Shown one piece after another: positions 52,138 to 63,683 of a stretch of 64,000 nucleotides of DNA; position 1 is the stretch's first letter; each line of letters opens with the position of its first letter. Position numbers and translations under genes: made by a program. The DNA lies in assembly GCA_973895155.1 (NCBI GenBank), contig OZ316892.1, positions 16,046,257 to 16,110,256 of the forward strand, in the 5' to 3' direction. Under the pieces are notes generated by a model. That model ran no database searches, had not been told where the DNA came from, and worked only from the letters and a program-made list of their open reading frames with translations. This DNA comes from Marsupella aquatica. Lineage: Eukaryota > Plantae > Marchantiophyta.

Positions 52138-55100
52138 TCATGGTAGCGGTGGCTGGTCCTCAATGGACGCCCCCAACGCTTCCTCCATAGCCACTGCCGT
52201 AGGTCCATCTTTTGAAAGATTACCTGCCCTAGACCCAGTCAACTCACTCGCAGCCTGACCGGGTCCACCCTCAGCTTTGGCCTCAGCATCGGCCACGGTC
52301 TCCAATACGGCTACGGCCTCCCCGGCATGCTCAAGTGGTGGATCCGGTACTCCGGCTTCATCACTGAGTATCCTGGCCTTGGCTTTGCCATCCCCGCCTT
52401 CTAGGGCAGTTGGATCCTCTGTCGTGACCCTGCCTTCGGTTGGTGCCGGGTTCTCCTCCGTGGTCACGACTGCTTGAGAAGTAGTGTTACTCCCTGACCC
52501 AGAAGGTTTTCGCTTCTTCTTCTTCCCTGGTTTGGCAACTGGTCCCTTCCCCTTGCCACTTACCTCCGGCACTAGTGCGAGTGTTGCGGCTTGTCCTTCG
52601 GCCAGTACTACTCCTGGAAACTTGGTTGCCCCAATTGGAGTTGGAACTGATGAAGCCAAGCACTTAAATACTGCGGCTTGTTTCTTTAGTCGCTCTGTTT
52701 GGTTGTCGGCCCGTCGTTGTAAGTTCTCCATCTTCCTCGTGCTTTCTTCCAACTCCTCTTGTGTTTCATCCAACTCCTCCTGTGTTTCATCCAAGTCCTT
52801 CCACACCTCCTCCAGCTCCTTTTGGGCTTCCTCCAACTCCTTCTAGGCTTCCTCCAATTCCTTCTTTAAGGTAGCTCTCTCCTCCTGGGTTGCTCTTAGC
52901 TCCTTGTTGAGCTCCATTACGACCTCAAACTCCATTTTATTCATCTTGGCATAAGTCTGATCGAGCTGGTCGTCTTTCTCACGTAGGTCGGCCTTGAAGC
53001 TGGCCGTTAGGGATGCAAGCTCCTGCTGCAGCACAATAATCCCTTGATAGGATTTCCCTAACTTGGCCTCCTTCTGCTCAAGGGCTCCGCGGATATCCTC
53101 GAGCTCCCCCTTCAACGCCCTCTCCCTCCTTTGGGTCTCCGCCATGGCCCGATTGTTGGTTGCTATGTGGGCCTCCTCTGCGTCCCTTAGTTCTTGCTTC
53201 CACTTCTCCCTTTCCTTGACCGCATCGGCCAACTCCCCTTGGGTCCGAGTCAGTTTATCCTTGATAATCTGATTATCAGACTAAGCGGTATCCAGTTGCC
53301 CCTGCATGATGTTTAGCTCATGCCGCTTAATCCGCAGCTCATCTTGGGCTTTCTTGGCCGCCTTCAGGTCCTCTGCCTTTGCTTCCTTCTCCCTAAGCCG
53401 TCGGATGACCTCGTCCTTCTTCCTTCTCTCCAAAGCCACCGCTTCTTCCAATCGGCATTTCTCCAATATCCCCCTCCGGAAAAAGGGTCCTTGCTCCAAC
53501 TCCTCCCCAAAGATGCTGAGTGCAAGTTCCCCACACATCTCCCCATACTCCATGGCTCTTTCTTTAGCATAGGTGGAGTGAGTAGAAGTCATTGGCATCA
53601 ACCATTGCGGCCTTTGTTCCCAAGCCGCCTTCCGTATTTCTTCTATCATGGCTGGAGGGCTGCCTCGTCTTTCTGCAAGCCGTCGGATGTCCTCTGGCCA
53701 TTCTCCCCCAAGTAAATCCTTTTCCCTAGCCAGGGTTGCCTCCTCTTCTTCCCTAAGTTGCTCCAGAAAGTCCTGTGCCATCTGTTTTATTCCGTCAAAG
53801 CTCGGGGGAGCGACATCTGGCGGGGGAGACTCGGGGCTGTTCTGCTGGGTGGGGTCCCCTCGAACTACTCTTGGAAGCGTGGGGATGAAATGGCCACAGG
53901 TCCTTATTCCTGGGACATGATGGTCCGACCCGTAGCCGGGGTCATCATTGTCGTAGTCCTCCACCACCTCCTCCCCAACTTGGACTACCGACTCCCCTCG
54001 CTGCTCTCCTGGTCTTGTTGTGAACACGGCCTCCTGCCGATCATAGCTTATAGGTCCTAGTTCCTCCTCCGGCTTCCAGGCTGTCTTCTCTCTCTGTTTC
54101 CCGTGAACAGGAGCCTTAGGCTGCCTTCCCTCGGCTTTGGGACTCGAGGCTCCTACATACATTCAAACCCCCGGCTTGTGTTCCAGCCTCCTTCTTTCCT
54201 TGGCTCCGGTAAAGGGGTTTTCCTTCATGAGTCGGCTTAGGCCGACCTTTGAAGCAGTGTCTAGTACCTATGCCGTTGGCGTTGCCGTTATCGTCCTCTT
54301 TTCCTTCTCCAGCAATTTTAGCAGATTCTGCATGCCTGGTTGCTGCATCGGCAAGTCTTCCGTCCTCGGCCTAAACACCTACTCGATTGTCGGACTGTCG
54401 GGCTGGTTGGGCTTCTCTGGTGCCGGCCTCTATTCTTGAACCTCCTCTGGTGTCCTTGCCTGTTGGGGAAGTACCGGGGCAAAGATCTGACTTTGGGCAT
54501 ACCGGCACAACAACGGCATGTGATAGCCAAGTCGGGACACGCTTCCCTTGCCGATCACCTGCTATTCCTCCTTCAAGATCTTCTTCAGTTGGGTGAGGAG
54601 GTACCCATTGTAGTCCCGGCTTGGGTCTGGTCTCTCCGCCAGGTAGACCTGCGCCTTGCAGAACTTTGGCCTCGGCAAGTTGCAATGCATGGTTACCCGC
54701 AAGAAATCGATTATCTCTCCTATGTGCGGGTTGGTGCAGGTGTTCCGAAAGAAGCCATTCTTCGTTGATGGCCCTAGGAACGACCGGACTCCTTGTCTGG
54801 CAAGGTCTTCCTGGTATCTACTTTGGTCTTATTGCCCATCTGCAAGCCAAACACTACGGCAATCACCCGGGTAGTGAGATAGAAATCCTTCCCATACACC
54901 CTTGTGGAATTGGTCTCGGGCTCCCAAGATCCCACAAATTCTAATAAGTCTGAATCTGGCACCTCTGGCTTCAGCCATGGTAATTTCACGAAGGCTTCCA
55001 AGCCGGATCATGCATCCTTTCGAGTTTCCATAGCCGTAAAGCATGCATCCTCTTCACGTGCAAAGTGTAATTGCACTTCCTCGAGGAGGGTCGCCGCCCA

Positions 55101-55700
55101 GCCTTTCCAGGTGTCATCCTTTGTTGGAACGACATTGATGGGGTCGACCTCCTCTTCTTTGGCTTCTTCCGGCCTCCTGCTCCCTTGCTCGATTGGCTTC
55201 CTTGGTGCCGCCGACCTTGTTCTCTTTGCAGGGGTGGTCTCTTTGTTGTTGTTCCCTTTCCTCTTCATAGCTGTTGCCATGGATGTTTCTCCAAGGATGG
55301 TTGCCTTCGTCCACCCCTTCGTGCTACCCTTCAACTCCCAATGTATGTCGTTGCAGCGGTTGATGGCTTCCCGGATGCCAACTATTCTGTTCTTGCAAAA
55401 TAGAAGGTCGTCTAGCTCATCACCAGTAGGTGTCCATGGGAATTCAACCGTGATGAGTTCTCCTCCTAAGAAGGCAGACTTCTGTAGCTCCCATAGTCGA
55501 GCGAGCTCCTGCCGTTCTCGAGCTGCTCTTTCTGATTCTTCATCCTCGTAGGTCCCAATGTACTCAGTTGCCCTTTCTAGCAGGCATCCCCAAAAATGAG
55601 CAACTTGATTGACGTTGCTCATACCCTTCTTTGAATTGATAGTCGGTATCTGCTCCGGCCCCGAGTGCTTGCCTAAGCAGCTGACAATAGTTGGCTTCAC
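52138..55700 (-). pseudogene. Long TE-associated ORF (plant-mobile-domain-like segment plus long coiled coil), disrupted
   Basis: ORFs 55700-55008, 55001-54774, 54162-53281, 53232-52843 and 52836-52138 chain through single stops and one frame change. LLEFVGSWEPETNSTRVYGKDFYLTTRVIAVVFGL resembles accessory ORFs of gypsy elements. E/K/L-rich heptads (ELEE repeats) follow. Confidence 0.55.
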
Positions 55701-56415
55701 GTAGTCGTCTGCTTAGTTCGTGCTTGCAAATGAGCCACCATTCCTTGCAATCGGTCCTTACCCCCCTTCTGCCTGGTCTTCCTTCCCATTAGTTACCCAT
55801 AGCCGCCGGTACTTAGCGCGCCCTAACCCTAATCGTGTTCCCTCCCCCGACATCCTTACTTTCGGCCTCGGCTTGGGTTCCATAGTTATCCTTAATTGTT
55901 TATATTTTCCTTGTTTTTGTTACTATACTAATGTGTTTCCAAGGTACACTCTTGAATTTTATCATTTAAACTGGCCTAATGATTCCTGGCTAGGCATCAC
56001 AAACGTGGTGCATCAATCAAATTTCATTTTCGATGTTGGGTACTAGTTTTCATTGTGGTTATTCCCCGAGGTAGTCAAAACGGGGGAGAATTCCGAGTTT
56101 TACCCACCCCGACCGAAAGTGAATAAGTTTTACGTCAGAGTTTGGTTTGATTATGGTTTTCAGCGTTGGAGAGCTAGGCTTGTGGGCTATGCGGCGGTGA
56201 TAAGTTTTGAGTTTTTGGAGAAGTTGAGAAAAATGTTATTTTGTCTTGCATTTCTCACATGAGTGATTCGGAGGAGATTTTTGAAGACGTGGAGCTTGAA
56301 ACACGAGGATCACCACAACGGTTTGAGGTGGAGAGGGAGGAGCAGGAGGAAGCGCATGTGACATCGGTACAATCACCAATGCCAGCGAGTAGAGGGGGTT
56401 GTGAAGGAAAAAGAG

Positions 56416-57458
56416 ATGGCATCCAGGTTCGAAGGTGTCAAGTTTGAGATGGAAAAGTATGATGAGCATACGGACTACTTGCTTTGGGAGAAGTAAGTGA
56501 AAAGAGTTCTTTGTACTATGAGCTTAGATCATCTTCTCTCTACGCGAGAGATGTACGATGATGAAGAGGAGATTCCACTAAAGAGGTGGAGGCAAGAACA
56601 AGTGATTGCAATGAATGCAATGATGCTTTATTTGAAGCCGCATATCATCAAGAAGTTGGATGACTACGCGGATTATGCATCTCTATTCAAAGCCCTAAGG
56701 GAGAAATACTATTGGGAGGATGCATCAGACCGATTGTACAAAAAGTCTCTCTTGATGAGCCTTAGGCTCAAAGAAGGGAACAAACTTCACGATCACTTTG
56801 ATGAATTTGATAGCCTAGCTGTTAATTTGTCTAATCTTGGTAAGGGCGTTGAAGAAGAGGACAAGGCCTTGCTTCTTCTTAGCTCCTTACCCCCATCTTA
56901 TCAGGGTTTGAAGTAGGTTCTCTTGTATAGAGACCTGAAGTCTATTTCATATGATGAGGTGGTAAGCCCTTTACTGTCAGATGATGCACAAAAGAAATTG
57001 GGTCAAGCCCAAATAACATTGTTGTTTGATGCTGCCTTGAATGTGAATCATGGGAGGTCACAAAATGTCTTGAGCAGCACACAAATGACAGGGGACAAAG
57101 TATATCTAGGACAAGATTTGCTTCAAGGAGGAAGTCCTAGGAGAGGAAACCAGTGGTATGGTAGAAGTGTGGCAAGGCTGACCATGTTAAGAGGGATTGT
57201 AAGGGTAAGGCAGCTGAATCTTCATCAGCCAATGTGGCTAGTGCTGATGGAGAAACTGATTTACTCAATGATGAATATGTTTTATAAAGCCAAGAGTATG
57301 CCTTGTGCACCTCATCTAGGAGAGTAAACGATGTGTGGATTTTTGATTGTGCTTGCTAGCTCCTTTCACATTTGTTACATTCGCGAGTATTTTAATTCTT
57401 ATTCTGTGTCAAACGGTTCAATTTTGATGAGAAATGATCACTCCTATCGAGTTGAGAA
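56416..57458 (+). pseudogene. Ty1/copia gag-protease remnant
   Basis: KFEMEKYD...YLLW, LRLKEG...DHFDEFD, EEEDKALLLLSSLPPSY, zinc knuckle CGKADHVKRDC, protease-like WIFDCAC. Multiple stops; ends at the LINE junction. Confidence 0.85.
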
Positions 57459-59967
57459 GTGCATAGAAAGCCAGTACCCAAACCTCTGTTTCTAGACCCT
57501 GATAGAGAAGTCATCTTCAAAGCCAACTTTGAACATCTTCTCCATACCCTGGATGATCAGATTGAGCTCTCAGAAGTCATAGTACAAGCAGCAGCCTCTA
57601 CTTTCTCCACCAAACCCCCTAGAAAGCAAAACATGAAGGCTTGGTTTGACGAGGATTGTGCTAGAGCAAGGATGCAAGCAAGATCACATTCAGGGGAAAA
57701 GAGACTTTTGGCATTCACTATGTACAAGAACTTCATCAAACACAAGAAGAGGTGCTTCTTGAAGAGTCATCAACAATCACTATGTGAGGAGTTCATCAAA
57801 CATCCAAAACGTTTTTGGGAGAGAATGCAATCAGGCAAGACTACTCCCCCCTTGGATCACCAGGACCTGGTAACCTATGTCACATCCTTGTATTTCTTTC
57901 CAGATGCTAGTGGCATGCCTTTGCCCCTTGGGGACACCATTCAGTTTACAGAGAGGGAGGTGAAGGTGCATCTTTCCCACATGCAACATGGGAAAGCTAA
58001 AGATCTGTTGGGCCTGAACTTGGAGCTTCTTTTGTGGGGAGGACCCTCTTTATTAACAAACTTGGTGCATGAGCTGAATCAAGCAATGGCTTTAGGTTTA
58101 CCTAAAGCTTGGATGACCAGAAGAGTGGTGCCTATCTTCAAGGCAGGCAACAAGGACGATGTGCACAACTACAGAACCATCATGGTAGGCAATACTTTTG
58201 CTAAAGTTTTGGGAGGACTACTTGAAGCCAGATTAAGCTCTTGGTTGGAGAGTGAGATGAAAAGGGCACCTTCACAAGCAGGTTTTAGGAGAGAATTCAG
58301 CACTATGGATCACATTCTCTGCTTGAGGGTGTTGTGTGAAAAGGCCAAATCTCCACATAAACCATTATTTTGCTTGTTTGTGGACTTCTCCAAGGCCTTT
58401 GACAAAGTTTCCCGATCCAAACTTTGGGATAGGATGGTGGAGTTGGAAGTGCCTGAAGAGCTCAGGTTGGCTGTTTCTAAATTGTACCAAGAAGTGCGCA
58501 TCAAACTTTCAAAGGAAACCTCTGAAGAAATCTGGAGCACTCTTGGGGTGATCCAAGGTTGTCCTCTCTCACCAACTCTCTTTGGCATCTTCATTGATCA
58601 GCTACACAACATTTTGGAGGAGCATGGTGGAGTTGGCACTCAATTGGGTAGGTTTGTCCTCCAACTTCTTATATTTGCAGATGATGTGGTCCTACTTGCT
58701 CATGCTCAAGAAGCTTTGCAAAGACATCTCAATGCCTTGGAGGAGTTTTGTCAAGCAACAGGGATGGTAGTCAACCTCAAGAAGACCAAGTGTTTGGGCA
58801 TTGGCACACGACAAAATCCAGAGCTCTACTTCCAAGGGAATCTGGTGGAATTTGTGAGGACCTACAAATACCTTGGGGTGGAGTTCTCTCAAAACTTGAG
58901 TTGGGCCTCATGTGTAAAATCTAGGGCTGCCAATGGGTACAGAGCTTTTTATGCATTCATGAACAAATGTAAAAGAGCTGGTCTACACACTTGGAGGTTA
59001 AGGAAACATCTCTTTGGAGCTTTGGTGAAACCAGTCATTCTTTATGGAGCACCAATTTGGGGAGCAGGTGTGTCTAAATCTGGGTGGCAACAGATTGAGG
59101 GGCTGCAAAAGCTATTTCTTGAGATGGAGCTTGGGATCAAGTCACAAACCCCATATGCACTTACACTTGCAGAGGCAGGCTTGTTTCCTTTGGAGGTGGA
59201 GGCACTCTTCCACACACTCAATTACATCATGCGTGTAAGAGAGTTGGAGGAAAACAGATTTCCTTTTCATGCCTTGCGCTCATCTTCAGCTAAAGGGTGG
59301 TATGCAGATGTGTGCAGGTGGGCCCATGCTTGGGATTTTCCTGAACATGAATGGCCAACACACCCAACCAAGCTAAGAGCAAAACTTGAGCAAAAGGCTT
59401 TGCACAAACTTTGGCATGAACCTAGCCCACGGCAGCAATACTACATGAGAGATGTGAACCCCATGAAGAAATATCGAGAACAAGAATACTTATCTAGCAC
59501 TATCTCAGTACAACTTAGACAACTTATTGCTCAGTATAGACTAAGCTCACACCACCTTGAAGTAGAACAAGGGAGATGGAAGGATATTGACAGGAAAAAG
59601 AGGGTTTGTCAACTATGTGATAGCTCTAGTATAGAGAATGAATATCATGTATTCATTGCTTGCAAGTTTTATGAGGGGGTTAGGATGGCATCTCAAATCT
59701 TGGTGAAAGATTTGTATGCATTGTTTGGTCTGCCCCCTCAACAACTTGGAAGATATATCTTTGCGGTGGATAGGGAAAGGAGAATAGGTTTGGAAAATCT
59801 TTCAGGGCTCTCTAGGTCCATAGTTTCTTTGAGGACATAGTTGTCCTCTTCTGAGCAATCTCTTTTGGTTGCTCTTTTCTTTGATTGCATTGTACTTTAC
59901 TTTTTGTGGCAGCTCCTTTGACTTTCATGGTCCCGGAGCTTATAATACATTACCATTACCATTACCA
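57459..59967 (+). mobile_element. 5'-truncated LINE (RTEX/RTE-L2-like) with open RT and (TACCAT)n tail
   Basis: Open 793-aa frame 57459-59840 with QAGFR, FVDFSKAFD, GVIQGCPLSP, LIFADD, YKYLG and C-terminal RLSSHHLEVEQGRW...CQLC...ENEYHVF..C. Tail cattaccattaccattaccat. Confidence 0.92.
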
Positions 59968-60176
59968 TGAGCCACACTCTGTCTGTGGCACTTGCAGATC
60001 ATTTTTCCACCCGTTCGAGAGCTTTCTCTTTTGCCAAGCTAGGCACAAAGAAATCATTCCAGGGTTTTGTCAACTCCTGAGGTCTGTAATCACTCCTGAG
60101 GTCTGTAATTGTAGAGTTCACTGAAGGTGAAAGACGTTCATGAATAGAGGGAGGTCGACTTGTACAAGGACAGGTC

Positions 60177-61055
60177 GATCTGTTACGTCTCCAGTTTCGC
60201 AATTCTGAGCTTGGGGCAAAATTTCACTTCGAGTTGGAAGGGAAATTGGCTGCAGTTTAAGCTCAGACTTTGCCAGAGCATTGGAAACAGCGAGAATGTA
60301 TCACTGGCAAAGTTAGAGCTGCAACCGACATCGTTTGGTATGCACTTTAGCATGCGCGATCTGCTACGTCTCCAGTTTCGCGATTCTGAGCTTGGGGCAA
60401 AATTTCACTTTGAGTTGGAAGGGCAATCGGCTGCGGTTTAAGCTCAGACTTTGCCAGAGCATTGGAAACAGCGAGAATGTATCACTGGCAAAGTTAGAGC
60501 TACAACCGACATCGTTTGGTATGCACTTTAGCATGCGCGATCTGCTACGTCTCTAGTTTTGCGATTCTGAGCTCGGGGTGAAATTTCACTTCGAGTTGGA
60601 AGGGCAATCGGCTGCGGTTTGAGCTCAGATTTTGCCAGAGCATTGGAAACAGCAAGAATGTATCACTGGCAAAGTTAGAACTGCAACCGGCATTGTTTGA
60701 TATGCACTTTAGCATGCACGATCTGTTACATCTCCAGTTTCGCAATTCTGAGCTTGGGGCGAAATTTCACTTCGAGTTGGAAGGGAAATTGGCTACGGTT
60801 TAAGCTCAGACTTTGCCAGAGCATTGGAAACAGCGAGAATGTATCACTGGCAAAGTTAGAGCTGCAACCGACATCGTTTGGTATACACTTTAGCATGCAC
60901 GATCTGCTACGTGTCCAGTTTCGGGATTCTGAGCTTGGGGCGAAATTTCACTTCGAGTTGGAAGGGCAATCGGCTGCGGTTTGAGCTCAGATTTTGGCAG
61001 AGTGTTGCAAACAACGAGAGTGTATCACTGGCAAAGGTAGAGCTGCAACTGACAT
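60177..61055. repeat. 181-bp tandem monomer array (about 4.8 copies) in the LINE 5'UTR
   Basis: gatctg(c/t)tac...gcaaccg...tagcatgc units start at 60177, 60358, 60539, 60720 and 60901. Confidence 0.95.
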
Positions 61056-61118
61056 CCTCTACTGCTCCCAATTTCTATTTGTCGTCTAAGATTACATTCT
61101 AACAACAGTTTCAGCTTT

Positions 61119-61892
61119 GTGATGGCAACGGAGGAGATTGCCCATCTCAAGGCTTTGCTTGAGAAAATCTTAGTTGTGGCTGAAAACTCCGCAATTGAGA
61201 TTACCACGCTCAGCAAGGAGGTGACGGAGCTAAAGAATGAGAATGTCAAGCAAAAGAGGTTGATTAGTGATCTTCGATCTCAAACTCAGGAGAATGGTAA
61301 GCAACTCTCATTGCTTGCATCGTGTTTTGGAGACATGGAGAAGAGTATGTGCCCAGAGAAATCAGTGATACATGAGGCTGTAGGGGAGATTGAGGAAAAG
61401 CTCAAAACCTTTGCACAGGCTGCAAAACAATCACATATGGAATTTGTCCAAGCCAAGGAGGAGGAGAGGAGAGCACTAGAGGAAGAACACAAGAACCAGC
61501 ATGCAAGAGTCAGCAACTGCAAAATATCAGGCCTTGTTGAGGAGGAGAAGGAAGACACCAAGAAGGTAGCAATTTCATTCTTCCAATCTCAGATGAAAGT
61601 GCATGACCCTATCATTTTGCAAGCATATAGGATTGGGCAAAAGAAGGGGGACCTTCCACGTCCAATCTTGGTGAAGTTTGCAGCTGAATCCGAGAAAGCT
61701 AGAGTGATGGCTAACAGGAGCATGCTTAAAGGGCTAAGGATTTGGTTGGATGATGATCTGACTCCCACACAAGTCCAAGCAAGGAAAATTGAGCTTGAGA
61801 AGGTGAGGGTAGCCAAAGACCAAGGATTGGTAGCCTACTTGCGCAATGGACAAGTTGTTGTTACCAATAAGAAGAGAGTTGTTTCTAAATGA
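61119..61892 (+). CDS. LINE ORF1 (coiled coil plus RRM-like domain)
   Basis: Coiled-coil N-terminus, then NCKISGLVEE, AYRIGQKKG..PRPILVKF and IWLDDDLT, the L1-ORF1/Tnp22-like pattern. Confidence 0.85.
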   Translation: MMATEEIAHLKALLEKILVVAENSAIEITTLSKEVTELKNENVKQKRLISDLRSQTQENGKQLSLLASCFGDMEKSMCPEKSVIHEAVGEIEEKLKTFAQAAKQSHMEFVQAKEEERRALEEEHKNQHARVSNCKISGLVEEEKEDTKKVAISFFQSQMKVHDPIILQAYRIGQKKGDLPRPILVKFAAESEKARVMANRSMLKGLRIWLDDDLTPTQVQARKIELEKVRVAKDQGLVAYLRNGQVVVTNKKRVVSK

Positions 61893-61904
61893 TGAATCGG
61901 GACC

Positions 61905-63548
61905 TTGAGAGTCATGGCATGGAATGTTTCAGGACTTTCCATAGAAACAGCAATTGGAGGGGAACCTTTGTTTGAGAATTTTGACATCTTGCTTTTCACG
62001 GAGACTTGGGAATATGAGGGAAATGCTCTACCTAGCATTAAAGGCTTTACTTGCATACAATCCATCTTCAATGAGAAGAAGACCACACGGGGAAGAGGGT
62101 TTGGAGGCATTGCTGTCTACACCAAGAATCAACTTCAACACATCACCTCTATTGAGCATGAAGATCCCAGCAAGCAGTTCATGGTGGTGAGACTTCATAC
62201 CAGAGGTACTCCATCATTTCTGATTGTCACCTACTTTGCTCCCCTTAATATGAATGTCTATAAGATGGGAATTGCTGATGCACATTATCCATTTCATAGG
62301 TTAATCCAAGTCATTCATGATATATCACCACTAGGGGAGACATGGATAGTGGGGGACTTTAATGCCAGGGTATCTAATGAACAATTTACTGAAAGTGAGG
62401 ACTTAGGAACTTTACCTTGGTCATCATGTAGTGAAGAGATACCTTGGGTGAGAGAGGCTCTTGACACCAGAACAAATGACATGACACGTCACTTTTTGCA
62501 TTTGGGAGCTTCTTGTAATCTAAGAATATTGAATGGGCTTGAGAGATTTCCCCAATCATCTGGTTACACTTTTAGATCTAAACAAGGATGTAGTACCATT
62601 GATTACCTTCTTGCCTCATGTGTAAAATCTAGGGCTGCCAATGGGTACAGAGCTTTTTATGCATTCATGAACAAATGCAAAAGAGCTGGTCTACACACTT
62701 GGAGGTTAAGGAAACATCTCTTTGGAGCTTTGGTGAAACCAGTCATTCTTTATGGAGCACCAATTTGGGGAGCAGGTGTGTCTAAATCTGGGTGGCAACA
62801 GATTGAGGGGCTGCAAAAGCTATTTCTTGAGATGGAGCTTGAGATCAAGTCACAAACCCCATATGCACTTACACTTGCAGAGGCAGGCTTGTTTCCTTTG
62901 GAGGTGGAGGCACTCTTCCACACACTCAATTACATCATGCGTGTAAGAGAGTTGGAGGAAAACAGATTTCCTTTTCATGCCTTGCGCTCATCTTCAGCTA
63001 AAGGGTGGTATGCAGATGTGTGCAGGTGGGCCCATGCTTGGGATTTTCCTGAACATGAATGGCCAACACACCCAACCAAGCTAAGAGCAAAACTTGAGCA
63101 AAAGGCTTTGCACAAACTTTGGCATGAACCTAGCCCACGGCAGCAATACTACATGAGAGATGTGAACCCCATGAAGAAATATCGAGAACAAGAATACTTA
63201 TCTAGCACTATCTCAGTACAACTTAGACAACTTATTGCTCAGTATAGACTAAGCTCACACCACCTTGAAGTAGAACAAGGGAGATGGAAGGATATTGACA
63301 GGAAAAAGAGGGTTTGTCAACTATGTGATAGCTCTAGTATAGAGAATGAATATCATGTATTCATTACTTGCAAGTTTTATGAGGGGGTTAGGATGGCATC
63401 TCAAATCTTGGTGAAAGATTTGTATGCATTGTTTGGTCTGCCCCCTCAACAACTTGGAAGATATATCTTTGCGGTGGATAGGGAAAGGAGAATAGGTTTG
63501 GAAAATCTTTCAGGGCTCTCTAGGTCCATAGTTTCTTTGAGGACATAG
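61905..63548 (+). CDS. LINE ORF2 with APE endonuclease and C-terminal zinc finger but no RT (in-frame deletion)
   Basis: MAWNVSG, FTETW, GGIAVY, IVGDFNAR and STIDYLLAS join directly to CVKSRAANG, which is post-RT sequence in the first copy. Junction about 62614. Confidence 0.88.
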   Translation: MRVMAWNVSGLSIETAIGGEPLFENFDILLFTETWEYEGNALPSIKGFTCIQSIFNEKKTTRGRGFGGIAVYTKNQLQHITSIEHEDPSKQFMVVRLHTRGTPSFLIVTYFAPLNMNVYKMGIADAHYPFHRLIQVIHDISPLGETWIVGDFNARVSNEQFTESEDLGTLPWSSCSEEIPWVREALDTRTNDMTRHFLHLGASCNLRILNGLERFPQSSGYTFRSKQGCSTIDYLLASCVKSRAANGYRAFYAFMNKCKRAGLHTWRLRKHLFGALVKPVILYGAPIWGAGVSKSGWQQIEGLQKLFLEMELEIKSQTPYALTLAEAGLFPLEVEALFHTLNYIMRVRELEENRFPFHALRSSSAKGWYADVCRWAHAWDFPEHEWPTHPTKLRAKLEQKALHKLWHEPSPRQQYYMRDVNPMKKYREQEYLSSTISVQLRQLIAQYRLSSHHLEVEQGRWKDIDRKKRVCQLCDSSSIENEYHVFITCKFYEGVRMASQILVKDLYALFGLPPQQLGRYIFAVDRERRIGLENLSGLSRSIVSLRT

Positions 63549-63683
63549 TTGTCCTCTTCTGAGCAATCTCTTTTGGTTGCTCTTTTCTTTGATTGCATTG
63601 TACTTTACTTTTTGTGGCAGCTCCTTTGACTTTCATGGTCCCGGAGCTTATAATACATTACCATTACCATTACCATTACCATT

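Larger units (their letters stand above)
59968..63683 (+). mobile_element. Second LINE of the same family: 5'UTR with monomers, ORF1, RT-deleted ORF2, (TACCAT)n tail
   Basis: Starts directly after the first tail. The 3' ~1.05 kb is nearly identical to 58905-59967. Confidence 0.88.

Noticed and set aside
60177-61055. CRISPR-like array
   Set aside because: Units are contiguous 181-bp repeats with no unique spacers, inside a eukaryotic LINE.
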